Source: Candidatus Saccharimonadota bacterium (GTDB taxonomy: Bacteria; Pseudomonadota; Gammaproteobacteria; Enterobacterales; Enterobacteriaceae). Taken from it: a stretch of DNA of 32,000 nt. The translations under genes were made by a program, and so were the position numbers. Position 1 is the first letter of the stretch. Every line of letters begins with the position of its first letter. The notes under the pieces were generated by a model, which searched no databases, was not told the DNA's origin, and saw only the letters and a program-made list of their open reading frames with translations. The stretch lies in contig NZ_CP046226.1 in assembly GCF_012562765.1 (NCBI RefSeq), forward strand, positions 480,001-512,000, given 5' to 3'. This document shows, piece after piece, positions 11,079 to 25,321 of this stretch.

Positions 11079-12665
11079 TTATTTATATTTAGAATAAATA
11101 ATTTTTTGTTGGATTATTGTTAATATATTACTTATTATATAGTATAATACTAATCCTGCAGGAAACCATAGAAAAAATAAACTGAAAAAAATTGGCATTA
11201 TATTCATAATATTTTTTTGTACAGGATCATCATATGTATTTTTTGAAGTTTTTTGAATAAAATACATAGTAATACTCATTATTATTGGTAATACATAATA
11301 AGGATCTTGTGCTGATAAATCCTTAATCCAGAAAATAAATGGAGCATGACGTAATTCTACAGAATTAATTAACATATAATATAATGCTAAAAATATTGGC
11401 ATTTGTATTATAAAAGGTAAACATCCTCCTAAAGGATTTAATTTTTCTTTTTTATATAATTTTATTATTTCTTGATTTAAACGATTTTTATCATATGAAT
11501 ATTGTTTTTTTATTTCTTTTATTTTTGGTTGTAAAATACGCATTTTTGCAATAGCAATATATTGTATTCTAGATAAAGGATACATCATAATCCTTAGTAT
11601 TAAGGTAATAATAATAATAGCTATTCCCCAATTACCTATTAAATTGTATAATAAATTAAGCAATTTAAATAATGGTTTTGATAAAAACCATAACATTCCA
11701 TAATCAACAGTAAAATCTAAAAAAGGAGCAACTTTTGCCATTTGTTCTTGAATTTTAGGACCAATCCAAAGAGTTGATGATAAAATTTTTTTATGTTTAG
11801 GTAAAATGATATCTGTAGATGATTTAAAATTAACACTTACAGTATTATCATCAATTTTTTTTGTATATATTATATTATTTTTATTTTTAGGTAAAATCCA
11901 AGCAGATAAAAAATATTGCTGTAAAATAGCAATCCATCCTTGATTAGCAGTCATACTAATATTTTTATTTATTAATATATCATTAAATGTATGTTTTTTA
12001 TATTTATATTTTTCAGTTGAATAAGCTATTCCACGAAATGATTTAATAGATAAACTATTATTTTTTGTATCTAAATATTTTTGAGGTATATTGACAGATT
12101 GTTTGATTTCACCAAATATTCCTATTTCTATAGGTTTATTACTTTTATTAAAAAATTGATGTTCTATATCAATGGAAAAATTATTTCTTTTAAAAATAAA
12201 AATTTTTATATATAAAATATTATTTTTTAAAAAAAATAATGGAACTTTTAATATATTTTTATTTTCTTTAAGCTGAAAAAAATTTTTATCTGTAAAAAAA
12301 ATAGGATGATTAAAATAATTTTTAATTTTTTTATGATTTATTTGAAAAATACTACTATTTATTTGATAAGTATAATCTAAGTTATTATTTAATAAAGTAA
12401 ATGATTTTTTAGAATTTAATTTTTCTGAATAATTTATTAATTGAGCTTTACTAATATTTCCTCCATTAGTATTAATAAATAATAAAAACTTATCTGTTTT
12501 TACTATAATATCTTTATTTTTAGATAAATTAATTTGTTTAAAATTATTTTTATTTTTTACATTTTTATTATTATTAATATAGTTATTTAATTTTTGCCAA
12601 TTATTAAAAATAAAAAAACTAATTAAAATAAAAATAATTATAATTATATTACGTTTTGAATCCAT
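11079..12665 (-). CDS. yidC: membrane protein insertase YidC
   Basis: 528 aa with an N-terminal TM anchor, a large periplasmic domain and the conserved C-terminal core ...KMRILQPKIKEIKKQY...NPLGGCLPFIIQMPIFLALY. Confidence 0.95.
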   Translation of the reverse strand: MDSKRNIIIIIFILISFFIFNNWQKLNNYINNNKNVKNKNNFKQINLSKNKDIIVKTDKFLLFINTNGGNISKAQLINYSEKLNSKKSFTLLNNNLDYTYQINSSIFQINHKKIKNYFNHPIFFTDKNFFQLKENKNILKVPLFFLKNNILYIKIFIFKRNNFSIDIEHQFFNKSNKPIEIGIFGEIKQSVNIPQKYLDTKNNSLSIKSFRGIAYSTEKYKYKKHTFNDILINKNISMTANQGWIAILQQYFLSAWILPKNKNNIIYTKKIDDNTVSVNFKSSTDIILPKHKKILSSTLWIGPKIQEQMAKVAPFLDFTVDYGMLWFLSKPLFKLLNLLYNLIGNWGIAIIIITLILRIMMYPLSRIQYIAIAKMRILQPKIKEIKKQYSYDKNRLNQEIIKLYKKEKLNPLGGCLPFIIQMPIFLALYYMLINSVELRHAPFIFWIKDLSAQDPYYVLPIIMSITMYFIQKTSKNTYDDPVQKNIMNIMPIFFSLFFLWFPAGLVLYYIISNILTIIQQKIIYSKYK

Positions 12666-12799
12666 TATTTAATTTTCTCTATTATTTGTAAATATAATAA
12701 TTATTTAATTTAATTTTAATATAAATTTATATACTTATAATCATGAATTTATTATTTAAAATTAAATAATATTTATCAAAATATATATACATTTATATA

Positions 12800-13138
12800 T
12801 TAATATAAATTCCATAATTTTTTTAAATATTTTTTTATATTAATATAATTAATGTTTATTATATTTTTTTTTATTAATATAACAATAAAATCTCTAACAG
12901 GTAACTTATATTGATTTAAACGAAAACATTCACGAATAATTCTTTTAATTTTATTTCTAATATATGCTTTATATATATTTTTTTTAGGTATAATAATTCC
13001 TAATCTTGAGTATTGTAATATATTTTTTTTACTTAAAATAGTATAATATTCATTACTTTTTCTATATGGATTATTAAAAATAGAATTAAAATTACTAGAT
13101 AATAAACGTTTTTTTTTACAAAAATTTAAATGAATCAT
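12800..13138 (-). CDS. rnpA: ribonuclease P protein component
   Basis: 112 aa, very basic, with the RNR-like motif KAYIRNKIKRIIRE. It lies immediately downstream of rpmH, as in nearly all bacteria. Confidence 0.88.
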   Translation of the reverse strand: MIHLNFCKKKRLLSSNFNSIFNNPYRKSNEYYTILSKKNILQYSRLGIIIPKKNIYKAYIRNKIKRIIRECFRLNQYKLPVRDFIVILIKKNIININYINIKKYLKKLWNLY

Positions 13139-13151
13139 TTAAATTTATAAT

Positions 13152-13298
13152 TTATTTTTTATTAGATACAGTTAAATAAAAACGACCTTTATTACGACGT
13201 CTATTTAAAATTTGACGTCCATTTTTTGTTGACATTCTAATTCTAAATCCATGAGTTTTTTTTCTTTTTAATATAGATGGTTGAAAAGTACGTTTCAT
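13152..13298 (-). CDS. rpmH: 50S ribosomal protein L34
   Basis: Too short for the ORF track. Reverse complement from the ATG at 13298..13296 gives [48 protein letters not shown] (48 aa). E. coli L34 is [46 protein letters not shown]. Confidence 0.95.
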   Translation of the reverse strand: MKRTFQPSILKRKKTHGFRIRMSTKNGRQILNRRRNKGRFYLTVSNKK

Positions 13299-13525
13299 AA
13301 TAAAATTACCTAATTAAAATTATATTTCGTTTTATTATTACATAAATAATAATTTATTTATATAATTTAAATAAAATTTATTATTATAGTTTAAAATTAT
13401 TAATATTGATTAATATAATTAAAATGATGTATAATAACTTTATATTATCTAAAACAATTATTATAAATTTTTAAAATTATAAAATAATATTTAATATAAT
13501 TTTAAATAAAATTTTTTATATAAAA

Positions 13526-14644
13526 ATGAAATATCTTGTTATTAACAGAGAAAAATTAATTTTACCATTAAAAAATATAATAAGTATTATTCATAATAGA
13601 CCAATAATACCTATTATTAATAATATTTTAATAGAAGTTAACAATAATAATATTATATTTAAAAGTACTAATTTAGAAATAGAAATAACTACTATTTTAG
13701 AAAATATAGAAAATAAATATTGTTTTTCTATTACTATAGCAGGTAAAAAATTTTATAATATATGTAAAAGTTTCCCCATAAATTCTAATATAAACATATT
13801 AATTAATGATAATAATCAAATAATAATTTCATTTAAAAAATGTAAATTTATTATGTCTACATTACCTTCTATAAATTTTCCAACTATTGAATATTGGGAA
13901 AGTAAATTAGAATTTTTTTTAACAAATAAAATATTAAAAATGCTAATAGATGCAACATATTTTTCAATAGCTAATCAAGATGTAAGACCATATTTAAATG
14001 GAATATTATTAAAAATTAAAAATAATATATTAAATATGGTTTCTACTGATGGACATAGATTATCAGTTTGTAATATTGTAATAAACGAAATATTAATAAA
14101 TTATTCAGTTATAATTCCTAAAAAAAGTATATTAGAATTATTACGTTTATTAAAAAATACCAATGATATAATAAAAATTAAAATTAACAACAATAATATT
14201 AGTTTTAATTTAAAAAATTTAAAATTTACATCAAAACTTATTGAAAGTTCCTTTCCAGAATACACAAAAATTATACCACAAATTTTTTATAAAATAATTA
14301 AAATAAATAGAATAAATCTTAAAAATGCTTTACTTAGTATTTCTATTTTAGTTGATGAAAGAATAAAAGGTGTAACATTAATATTTAATAAAAAATATTT
14401 AAGAATTTTAGGAAGGAATATTGATAACGAACAAGCAGAAGATGTTCTAAATATAGAAGAAAAATATAATAATACAAAAGATAATATAGAAATATCTTTA
14501 AATATTGAATATTTAATAGATGTATTAAATACATTAAAAAATAAATATATAAAAATTTCATTAATTGATTCAATTTCTAGTATAAAAATAGAAGATATTA
14601 TTGAAAACAATAAAATTTATTTAATTATGCCAATGAGGATTTAA
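13526..14644 (+). CDS. dnaN: DNA polymerase III beta sliding clamp
   Basis: 372 aa. The N-terminus MKYLVINREKLILPLKNI...RPIIPIINNILIEV is colinear with E. coli MKFTVEREHLLKPLQQV...RPTLPILGNLLLQV. The C-terminus ends MPMRI (E. coli MPMRL). Confidence 0.93.
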   Translation: MKYLVINREKLILPLKNIISIIHNRPIIPIINNILIEVNNNNIIFKSTNLEIEITTILENIENKYCFSITIAGKKFYNICKSFPINSNINILINDNNQIIISFKKCKFIMSTLPSINFPTIEYWESKLEFFLTNKILKMLIDATYFSIANQDVRPYLNGILLKIKNNILNMVSTDGHRLSVCNIVINEILINYSVIIPKKSILELLRLLKNTNDIIKIKINNNNISFNLKNLKFTSKLIESSFPEYTKIIPQIFYKIIKINRINLKNALLSISILVDERIKGVTLIFNKKYLRILGRNIDNEQAEDVLNIEEKYNNTKDNIEISLNIEYLIDVLNTLKNKYIKISLIDSISSIKIEDIIENNKIYLIMPMRI

Positions 14645-14671
14645 TTATTTCCTTAATAATTTATATAATAA

Positions 14672-17125
<2,454 letters not shown>

Positions 17126-17184
17126 AATAAATAATTAAATATTAATAAAAAATATAATTTAAAATTATTTTTATTTTTTTATAA

Positions 17185-17217
17185 AATAGCAGAAACAGAT
17201 AATATGTAACTGCTATT
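17185..17217 (+). terminator. candidate intrinsic terminator downstream of gyrB
   Basis: AATAGCAG (17185-17192) pairs perfectly with CTGCTATT (17210-17217). An inner ACA/TGT 3-bp helix is also possible. AA + TTTTT follows (T5 at 17220-17224). It lies 60 nt after the gyrB stop and is one of the few G/C-containing stems in any spacer here. Confidence 0.45.
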
Positions 17218-17254
17218 AATTTTTAATTGAATATTTATTTAATAAAATTATTTA

Positions 17255-17518
17255 TTAATATTTAATATTTATAGGTTTAATTTTTAAAGAATGAAATTCT
17301 TGATTTTCAAGTTGTTCATAATTATTTAAAATTTCTTTATTTATTAATCCTTGTTCAATTTCTCTTAATGCTAAAACTGTTGTTTTATCATTTTCTTTAG
17401 ATAATAAAGGACTTTTACCTCTTATTTGTATTTGTCTTGCTCTTTTTGCAGCTATAAGAATTAAATCAAAACGATTACCAATTTTTTTTATTGCATTTTC
17501 TACAGTTAATCTAGCCAT
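17255..17518 (-). CDS. rpoZ: DNA-directed RNA polymerase subunit omega
   Basis: [31 protein letters not shown] matches E. coli [32 protein letters not shown] place the start at the internal ATG (17518), which has an AGG(T) Shine-Dalgarno 5-8 nt upstream. The 12-codon extension in the ORF track ([12 protein letters not shown]) has no homolog. gmk-rpoZ order is as in E. coli. Confidence 0.92.
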   Translation of the reverse strand: MARLTVENAIKKIGNRFDLILIAAKRARQIQIRGKSPLLSKENDKTTVLALREIEQGLINKEILNNYEQLENQEFHSLKIKPINIKY

Positions 17519-17563
17519 TTTTAACCTATATATAAAAAATATAATATAAAACAAATGAAAAAT

Positions 17564-18190
17564 TTATTCTTTTAATAATTTTTTAATAAGTTTGTTATAT
17601 ATATTAAATTGTATTTTTGTTTTTAAGTGTTCTGCATAAATAATATTTTTTAAATCAAAAATTGCATCATGAATATGATTATTAATAATTAAATAATCAT
17701 ATTCATGAAAATGATATATTTCTTTTTTTGATTGTAACATACGTTGATTAATTATATCTATATGATCTTTTCCTCTAATATATAATCTTCTATGTAATTC
17801 ATTTATTGATGGAGGTAATATAAATATACTACAAACTTGAGTTTTTTTTTTTCTAACTTGCATAGCTCCTTGCCAATCGATATTTAAAAAAACATCTATA
17901 TTATTTTTTAAAAAATTATCAATATTTTTTTTAGAAGTACCGTAATAATTTCCAAAAACTTTTGCATATTCTAAAAATTCATTATTTATTATCATTTTTT
18001 TAAATTTTTTTTTTGATATAAAATAATAATCTTTACCATTTATTTCACCTATACGTTTCATTCTAGTTGTATAAGAAATTGATAATTTTATATTAAATTT
18101 TAAAATATTATTTTTTAATAATAATTGTAAAAGTAAAGATTTACCGGTACCACTAGGTGCTGAAATAATAAATAAGTTTCCTGTAGTCAT
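17564..18190 (-). CDS. gmk: guanylate kinase
   Basis: 208 aa. MTTGNLFIISAPSGTGKSLL matches E. coli [20 protein letters not shown], including the P-loop. Also has YYFISKKKF..MI..NEFLEYA.VFGNYYGTS. Confidence 0.94.
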   Translation of the reverse strand: MTTGNLFIISAPSGTGKSLLLQLLLKNNILKFNIKLSISYTTRMKRIGEINGKDYYFISKKKFKKMIINNEFLEYAKVFGNYYGTSKKNIDNFLKNNIDVFLNIDWQGAMQVRKKKTQVCSIFILPPSINELHRRLYIRGKDHIDIINQRMLQSKKEIYHFHEYDYLIINNHIHDAIFDLKNIIYAEHLKTKIQFNIYNKLIKKLLKE

Positions 18191-18272
18191 AATTCATTTA
18201 AATAAATATTAATATATAAAAATTATAATTTTTCTATAGAATATTATTTGTGAATAATATTAATTATACATA

Positions 18273-19616
18273 TTAAAATCCTGAAATTGTCATTTCAGAT
18301 ATAAGAATAGATCCACATTGTATAGAATTTTTTTTTTCAATATCATTACTAATTTCTAAAATAGATAACCATATTTTTTTTAGGTTTGAAGATATTGTAA
18401 TTTCACTTACTGGAAATTTTATTTTTCCATTTTCAACCCAAAAACCACATACTCCACGAGAATAGTCTCCTGTAATACTATTAATTCCATCTGACATTAA
18501 TTCTGTTACAATTAATCCCTTATTCATTTTTTTTATTAAAGTATTATAATTTATATAATTTTTACTATTAATATACCAATTATATATTCCTCCAGCATGT
18601 CCATTATTTTCAATATTTAATTTATTTGCTGTATAATTATTTAATAACCATTTTTTTAATATCCCATTTTTTACTATCATTGTTTTTTTTGTACGTACTC
18701 CTTCATTATCAAATGGTCTAGATCCTAAACCTTTTAAAACATGAGGATCTTCTATAATATTTAACCATTCTGGAAAAATCATTTTATTTAATGAATTAAA
18801 TAAAAATGTTAGTTTTTGATAAATATGATATCCATTAATTAATTCAGCTAAATGTTTAAATAAAGAAAATGCTATTTCACTTGAAAAAATTATTGGAGAT
18901 TTTTGAGTTTTTATTTTACAAGATCCTAATTTATTTAATGATTTTTGTGCACTATCTTTACCTAATTTTTCAGCAGGATATAAATCTATAATAGATCTTG
19001 AGATAGAATATGAATAATTACATTCCATTTTATTATTTTCTTTAGCTATAACAGAAAGATATAACGAATAATATGTAGAAATATAACTCTGTAATATTCC
19101 TAAACTATTTGCAAATATATGAATCACTGCAAAACTATTAAAATCACCTCCATTACTAGTAATAATACGTTTATCCATATTTAATGCAATTTCTTCACTT
19201 TCTTTAAGTAAAAGAATACATTTTGTTTTATTTATTTTAGAAATATGAAAAAGATTTAAATCAATATTATCTGATATTAATAATTTATATTTAGGCAATC
19301 CTAAACATATATCATATGACGTATAATTACTTAAATTTACTGCGTAATTTATTGTATTTTTTATATTATTTATAGATAAATTATTAGTTTCAGCATAACC
19401 TTTTTGATAATTTTTATATACATTAATAAAAAATGATTCATTTTTATAAAATTCTGATATTTTTATCATACCATAACGAATATGAGTATTAAAACCAATT
19501 ATTTTTTTAATTGTTATTTCAAAATTTTTAATTTCTTTTTTAGCTAATATTGTAAAATCTAACATTTTAGATTCTAAAATATTACGTTCTTCTATAATTG
19601 TAGAAAATATTTCCAT
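18273..19616 (-). CDS. pmbA: metalloprotease PmbA (TldE)
   Basis: 447 aa, PmbA/TldD fold family. RPFDNEGVRT and GINSITGDYSRGVCGFWVENGKI match the conserved C-terminal blocks of E. coli PmbA (from memory). Confidence 0.85.
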   Translation of the reverse strand: MEIFSTIIEERNILESKMLDFTILAKKEIKNFEITIKKIIGFNTHIRYGMIKISEFYKNESFFINVYKNYQKGYAETNNLSINNIKNTINYAVNLSNYTSYDICLGLPKYKLLISDNIDLNLFHISKINKTKCILLLKESEEIALNMDKRIITSNGGDFNSFAVIHIFANSLGILQSYISTYYSLYLSVIAKENNKMECNYSYSISRSIIDLYPAEKLGKDSAQKSLNKLGSCKIKTQKSPIIFSSEIAFSLFKHLAELINGYHIYQKLTFLFNSLNKMIFPEWLNIIEDPHVLKGLGSRPFDNEGVRTKKTMIVKNGILKKWLLNNYTANKLNIENNGHAGGIYNWYINSKNYINYNTLIKKMNKGLIVTELMSDGINSITGDYSRGVCGFWVENGKIKFPVSEITISSNLKKIWLSILEISNDIEKKNSIQCGSILISEMTISGF

Positions 19617-19665
19617 TTGTTTTTTTTCTATTTATATTTTAATATTATTAATTATATATTACTCT

Positions 19666-19695
19666 TTGACATATTTAATAAATTTTTGTTATTAT
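19666..19695 (+). promoter_or_regulatory. candidate sigma70-type promoter for ppa
   Basis: A perfect -35 TTGACA (19666-19671) is followed after 18 nt by TATTAT (19690-19695), or after 17 nt by TTATTA. It lies about 40 nt upstream of the ppa ATG. TTGACA is a rare word in these spacers. Confidence 0.4.
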
Positions 19696-19732
19696 TTAAT
19701 AATTCATTATTTTATGATTTAAAAAATATATT

Positions 19733-20269
19733 ATGAACTTAAATAAAGTGTCTTCTGGTAATAAAGTACCAGATGATATTAATGTTATTATTGAAATATC
19801 TTCTAATTCAAAACCAATAAAATATGAAGTAGATAAAAAATCAGGAATATTATTTGTTAATCGTTTTATTTCTACAACAATGTTTTATCCTTGTAATTAT
19901 GGTTATATAAATAATACGTTATCTTTAGATGGTGATCCTTTAGATGTATTAGTACCTACTCAATATCCTATTTTACCTGGATCTGTGATTAGATGTCGTC
20001 CTATTGGTATATTAAATATGACAGATGAATCTGGAGAAGATATTAAAATAATAGCTGTTCCACATAAAAAAATTTCTCAAGAATATAATAATATTAATGA
20101 TATTAATGATTTATCTATTTTTTTAAAAAAACAAATAACTCATTTTTTTAAACATTATAAAGATTTAGAAGATGGAAAATGGGTTAAAATTGATAAATGG
20201 TATAATATAGATATTGCTAAAAAAGAAATTTTATTTTCTATTAGTAGATTTAAAAAAAAATATTTATAA
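19733..20269 (+). CDS. ppa: inorganic pyrophosphatase
   Basis: 178 aa with [36 protein letters not shown] and HFF.HYKDLE.GKWVK, near-identical blocks to E. coli Ppa. Confidence 0.95.
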   Translation: MNLNKVSSGNKVPDDINVIIEISSNSKPIKYEVDKKSGILFVNRFISTTMFYPCNYGYINNTLSLDGDPLDVLVPTQYPILPGSVIRCRPIGILNMTDESGEDIKIIAVPHKKISQEYNNINDINDLSIFLKKQITHFFKHYKDLEDGKWVKIDKWYNIDIAKKEILFSISRFKKKYL

Positions 20270-20345
20270 ATTTTTAAGTATTTATTTATATATTTATTTT
20301 TTAAAAAATATTTATTTATAATATTTTAAGTAACTGAATAATTTT

Positions 20346-20391
20346 ATAATAATTAAATAATATTTATATATAAATATTATTTAATTATTAT
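20346..20391. repeat. perfect 46-bp palindrome (23-bp arms, no spacer), A/T only
   Basis: ATAATAATTAAATAATATTTATA|TATAAATATTATTTAATTATTAT. I checked every position pair from the centre (20368/20369) out to 20346/20391 and all are complementary; the next pair (20345/20392) is T/T. Confidence 0.95.
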
Positions 20392-20551
20392 TAATTTTAT
20401 TTATAAAAAATATTAAATACTATTAATTTTTTAAAATAAAAAAAATTTTATAGAATTAATATAATTTAAATTTAATTAAAATTTTTTTTAAATTTAATTT
20501 TATTAGTTATAAATATTATTTATTTTAAATGCTAAAATTCTTGGAATAAGA

Positions 20552-22178
<1,627 letters not shown>

Positions 22179-22190
22179 ATAGGATAAAAA

Positions 22191-23474
22191 ATGTCTAAAA
22201 TAAAAAAAATTATTGGTAGAGAAATAATAGACTCTAGAGGTAATCCAACTGTTGAAGCAGAAGTACAATTAAATAATGGATCTATTGGTATAGCTTCTGT
22301 TCCATCTGGAGCTTCAATTGGTTCAAAAGAAGCAGTAGAATTACGTGATAACGATAAAAATCGTTTTTTAGGTAAAGGTGTTTTAAAAGCTATTAATTCA
22401 ATTAATAAATATATAAATAAAATTTTAATAAATCAAGATTCTTTAGATCAAATTAATATTGATAATCTTATGATTAATTTAGATGGTACAGAAAAAAAAT
22501 CTATTCTTGGAGCAAATGCTATTTTAGCTGTATCATTAGCAAACGCTAGAGCAGCTTCTATTTTTAAAAAAATTCCTTTATATCAATATATATCTGATAT
22601 AAATGGAACATCTAATGATTTTACAATGCCATTACCAATGATTAATATTATTAATGGAGGAAAACATGCAGATAATAATCTTGATATTCAAGAATTTATG
22701 ATACAACCTGTTTGTGCAAAAAATATAAAAGAAGCAATTCAAATTGGATCAGAAATTTTTCATCATTTATATAAAGTATTAAAATCTTATAAATTAATTA
22801 CTTCTGTAGGAGATGAAGGTGGTTTTGCACCAAATTTAAATAAAAATAGTGATGCATTTGATATTATTTCTGAAGCTATAAAAAATTCTGGATTTATTTT
22901 AGGAAAAGATATTACTTTTGCTATTGATTGTGCTGCTTCTGAATTATTTCATAATAAAAAATATTATTTAAAAGGTGAAGGATTAATTTTAAATTATAAA
23001 GAATTAACTAAATTTTTTTCTAATTTAATAAAAAAATATCCTATTATTTCTATAGAAGATGGATTAGATGAATCTGACTGGGAAGGATTTGCTTACCAAA
23101 CAGAAAAATTAGGAAATAAAATTCAATTAGTTGGTGATGATTTATTTGTAACTAATAAAAAACTTCTAAAAAAAGGTATAAATCTTGGTATAGCTAATGC
23201 TATTTTAATAAAACTTAATCAAATAGGTTCTTTATCAGAAACATTATCTACTATTAAAATAGCAAAAGAAAAAGGATATAAAGTAATAATATCTCACCGT
23301 TCTGGAGAAACAGAAGATACTTTTATTGCAGATTTATCTGTAGGTGTTAATGCTGGACAAATAAAAACAGGATCAATGAGTCGTTCAGAAAGAACAGCAA
23401 AATATAATCAATTAATAAGAATAGAAGAAAAATTAAATGGTTTAGCTCCTTTAGCTTCTTTTAAATATATATAA
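22191..23474 (+). CDS. eno: enolase
   Basis: 427 aa. [25 protein letters not shown] is near-identical to E. coli Eno. Also has [15 protein letters not shown] and an AGGA Shine-Dalgarno upstream. Confidence 0.97.
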   Translation: MSKIKKIIGREIIDSRGNPTVEAEVQLNNGSIGIASVPSGASIGSKEAVELRDNDKNRFLGKGVLKAINSINKYINKILINQDSLDQINIDNLMINLDGTEKKSILGANAILAVSLANARAASIFKKIPLYQYISDINGTSNDFTMPLPMINIINGGKHADNNLDIQEFMIQPVCAKNIKEAIQIGSEIFHHLYKVLKSYKLITSVGDEGGFAPNLNKNSDAFDIISEAIKNSGFILGKDITFAIDCAASELFHNKKYYLKGEGLILNYKELTKFFSNLIKKYPIISIEDGLDESDWEGFAYQTEKLGNKIQLVGDDLFVTNKKLLKKGINLGIANAILIKLNQIGSLSETLSTIKIAKEKGYKVIISHRSGETEDTFIADLSVGVNAGQIKTGSMSRSERTAKYNQLIRIEEKLNGLAPLASFKYI

Positions 23475-23570
23475 TTTTATTAATAAAAATTTATATATTT
23501 TATTTTTAATAATTATATTTTATTTTATATATCATATACTAAATATAATAATAAATTATTATTTGTTAAT

Positions 23571-25286
23571 ATGACACAATATAAAGAAAAAAAATTAATA
23601 AAATGGTTGAAAAAACAAAGTATATTTACAAGTAAATTATTAAAATTTTCATTTTTATTAAATATTTTAAATACAAGTATAATAATTTTACAAAATTGGA
23701 TTTTAGCAATTCAAGTTCAATATTTATTTTTTCAAGAAAATAAAAAAAAAATATTTTATTATTGTATAATAATATTTTTATGTTTTATAGCTAGATCATT
23801 ATTAAATATTATAATTAATAATATTAATTATGATTATAGTCAATTAGTAAAAAATTATATTAGAAAAAAAATTTTAGATAAATTTGAAAAAATTTATATA
23901 GTGAATATAAAAAATAAAACATTAGGTAGTATATTATCACTTATAATAGATCAAACTGAAAATTTACAAGATTTTTATAGTAAATATATTCCTCAATTAT
24001 TAGTATCAATTGTATCTCCTATAATAATATTAGTAACAATATCATTTATTAGTTGGCTTGCAAGTTTATTATTAATAATAATTAGTATATTTACTATGTT
24101 ATTTATTATAATAATTGGTAGTCAAACAATTAAAAAAAGTAAAAAAAATTTTAAAATATTATCTATATTAAATGGTTTATTTTTAGATAGATTATTAGGT
24201 ATAGAAACAATACGTTTATTTAATTTAAGTAAAATAGAAATTCATAAAATTACTATTTATATTAAAAAATTTAGAAAAAAAAATATGGAAATTTTAAAAA
24301 TTGCTTTTTTAACATCTGCTGTTTTAGAATTTTTTTCTTCTATTGCATTAGCTTCCATTTCTATTTATTTTAGTTTTTCATATTTAAATATTATTAATTT
24401 AGGTTTTTATGGAAATAAAATAAAAATATTTAATGGTTTTTTTGTATTAATTTTAATTTCTGAATATTTTCAATATTTTATTAATTTAGGATTACTTTAT
24501 CATATTAAATCTAAATCTATAGGAGCAGCAGATTTAATTTTACAATTTTTAACAAATCATCCTAAAAAAAAATATTTAAAAATAAATAATTTATCTTTTG
24601 ATGAAAATAATATTATAATTATAGCTAAAAATTTAATAGTAAAAAGTTTAGAAGGAGATATATTAATAGGACCACTTTCATTTAAAATTTTTAATGGAGA
24701 ACATATAGCAGTAATAGGTCCTAGTGGTTGTGGTAAAAGTACATTATTTAATGTTTTTTTAGGATTTTTACCATATAATGGATCATTAAAAATTAATAAT
24801 ATTGAACTTAAAAATATAAATTTAAATGATTGGTATAAAAAAATATCTTGGGTTGGACAAAATTCTGGTCTTCCTTCAAAAACAATAAGAGAAAATTTAT
24901 TTTTTAATAAAGATATTAATATAAAAAAAATACAAAATATTATTAAAATTACAGGTATACAAAAATTTTTAAAAGATTTTCCTAATGGTTTAGATACAAT
25001 TATTAGTGAACAAAATATTAAATTATCAGTAGGACAAATACAAAGAATAATTATAGCAAGAGCATTAATTAAAAACCATATTTTATTATTATTAGATGAA
25101 CCTACTGCACATATTGATATGAATAGTGAAAAAGATATTATTAATTCTTTATATAATTTTCAATATACAAAAACAATTTTAATGATAACACATAAATTAT
25201 ATCAAATTGATTTTTGTCATCAAATATGGAAAATGGATAATGGAAAAATCATAGAAAAAATAAAATATAATAAAATTATTAAATAA
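23571..25286 (+). CDS. cydD: cysteine/glutathione ABC exporter subunit CydD (cytochrome bd assembly)
   Basis: 571 aa with six N-terminal TM helices and a C-terminal NBD: Walker A GPSGCGKST, signature LSVGQIQRIIIARA, Walker B LLLLDEPTAH. It is paired with a second half-transporter, as in cydDC. Confidence 0.85.
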   Translation: MTQYKEKKLIKWLKKQSIFTSKLLKFSFLLNILNTSIIILQNWILAIQVQYLFFQENKKKIFYYCIIIFLCFIARSLLNIIINNINYDYSQLVKNYIRKKILDKFEKIYIVNIKNKTLGSILSLIIDQTENLQDFYSKYIPQLLVSIVSPIIILVTISFISWLASLLLIIISIFTMLFIIIIGSQTIKKSKKNFKILSILNGLFLDRLLGIETIRLFNLSKIEIHKITIYIKKFRKKNMEILKIAFLTSAVLEFFSSIALASISIYFSFSYLNIINLGFYGNKIKIFNGFFVLILISEYFQYFINLGLLYHIKSKSIGAADLILQFLTNHPKKKYLKINNLSFDENNIIIIAKNLIVKSLEGDILIGPLSFKIFNGEHIAVIGPSGCGKSTLFNVFLGFLPYNGSLKINNIELKNINLNDWYKKISWVGQNSGLPSKTIRENLFFNKDINIKKIQNIIKITGIQKFLKDFPNGLDTIISEQNIKLSVGQIQRIIIARALIKNHILLLLDEPTAHIDMNSEKDIINSLYNFQYTKTILMITHKLYQIDFCHQIWKMDNGKIIEKIKYNKIIK

Positions 25287-25321
25287 AAAATTTAAATATG
25301 TAAAATAGGAGTAATAATTAA

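Noticed and set aside
13299-13525. Candidate oriC or DnaA-box cluster in the rpmH-dnaN spacer
   Set aside because: Scanning by eye, I found no TTATCCACA-like 9-mers, no 13-mer-style repeats beyond generic A/T runs, and no GATC clusters. An origin cannot be called from this window alone.
14287-14610. 107-aa and 62-aa (14385..14573) ORFs on the minus strand
   Set aside because: Both are antisense within dnaN. They are low-complexity I/L/F/Y-rich translations with no motif.
17519-17554. 12-codon N-terminal extension of rpoZ ([12 protein letters not shown]) in the ORF track
   Set aside because: Homology to RpoZ starts exactly at the internal MARLTVENA, and a Shine-Dalgarno-like AGG(T) precedes that ATG. 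The extension is hydrophobic junk.
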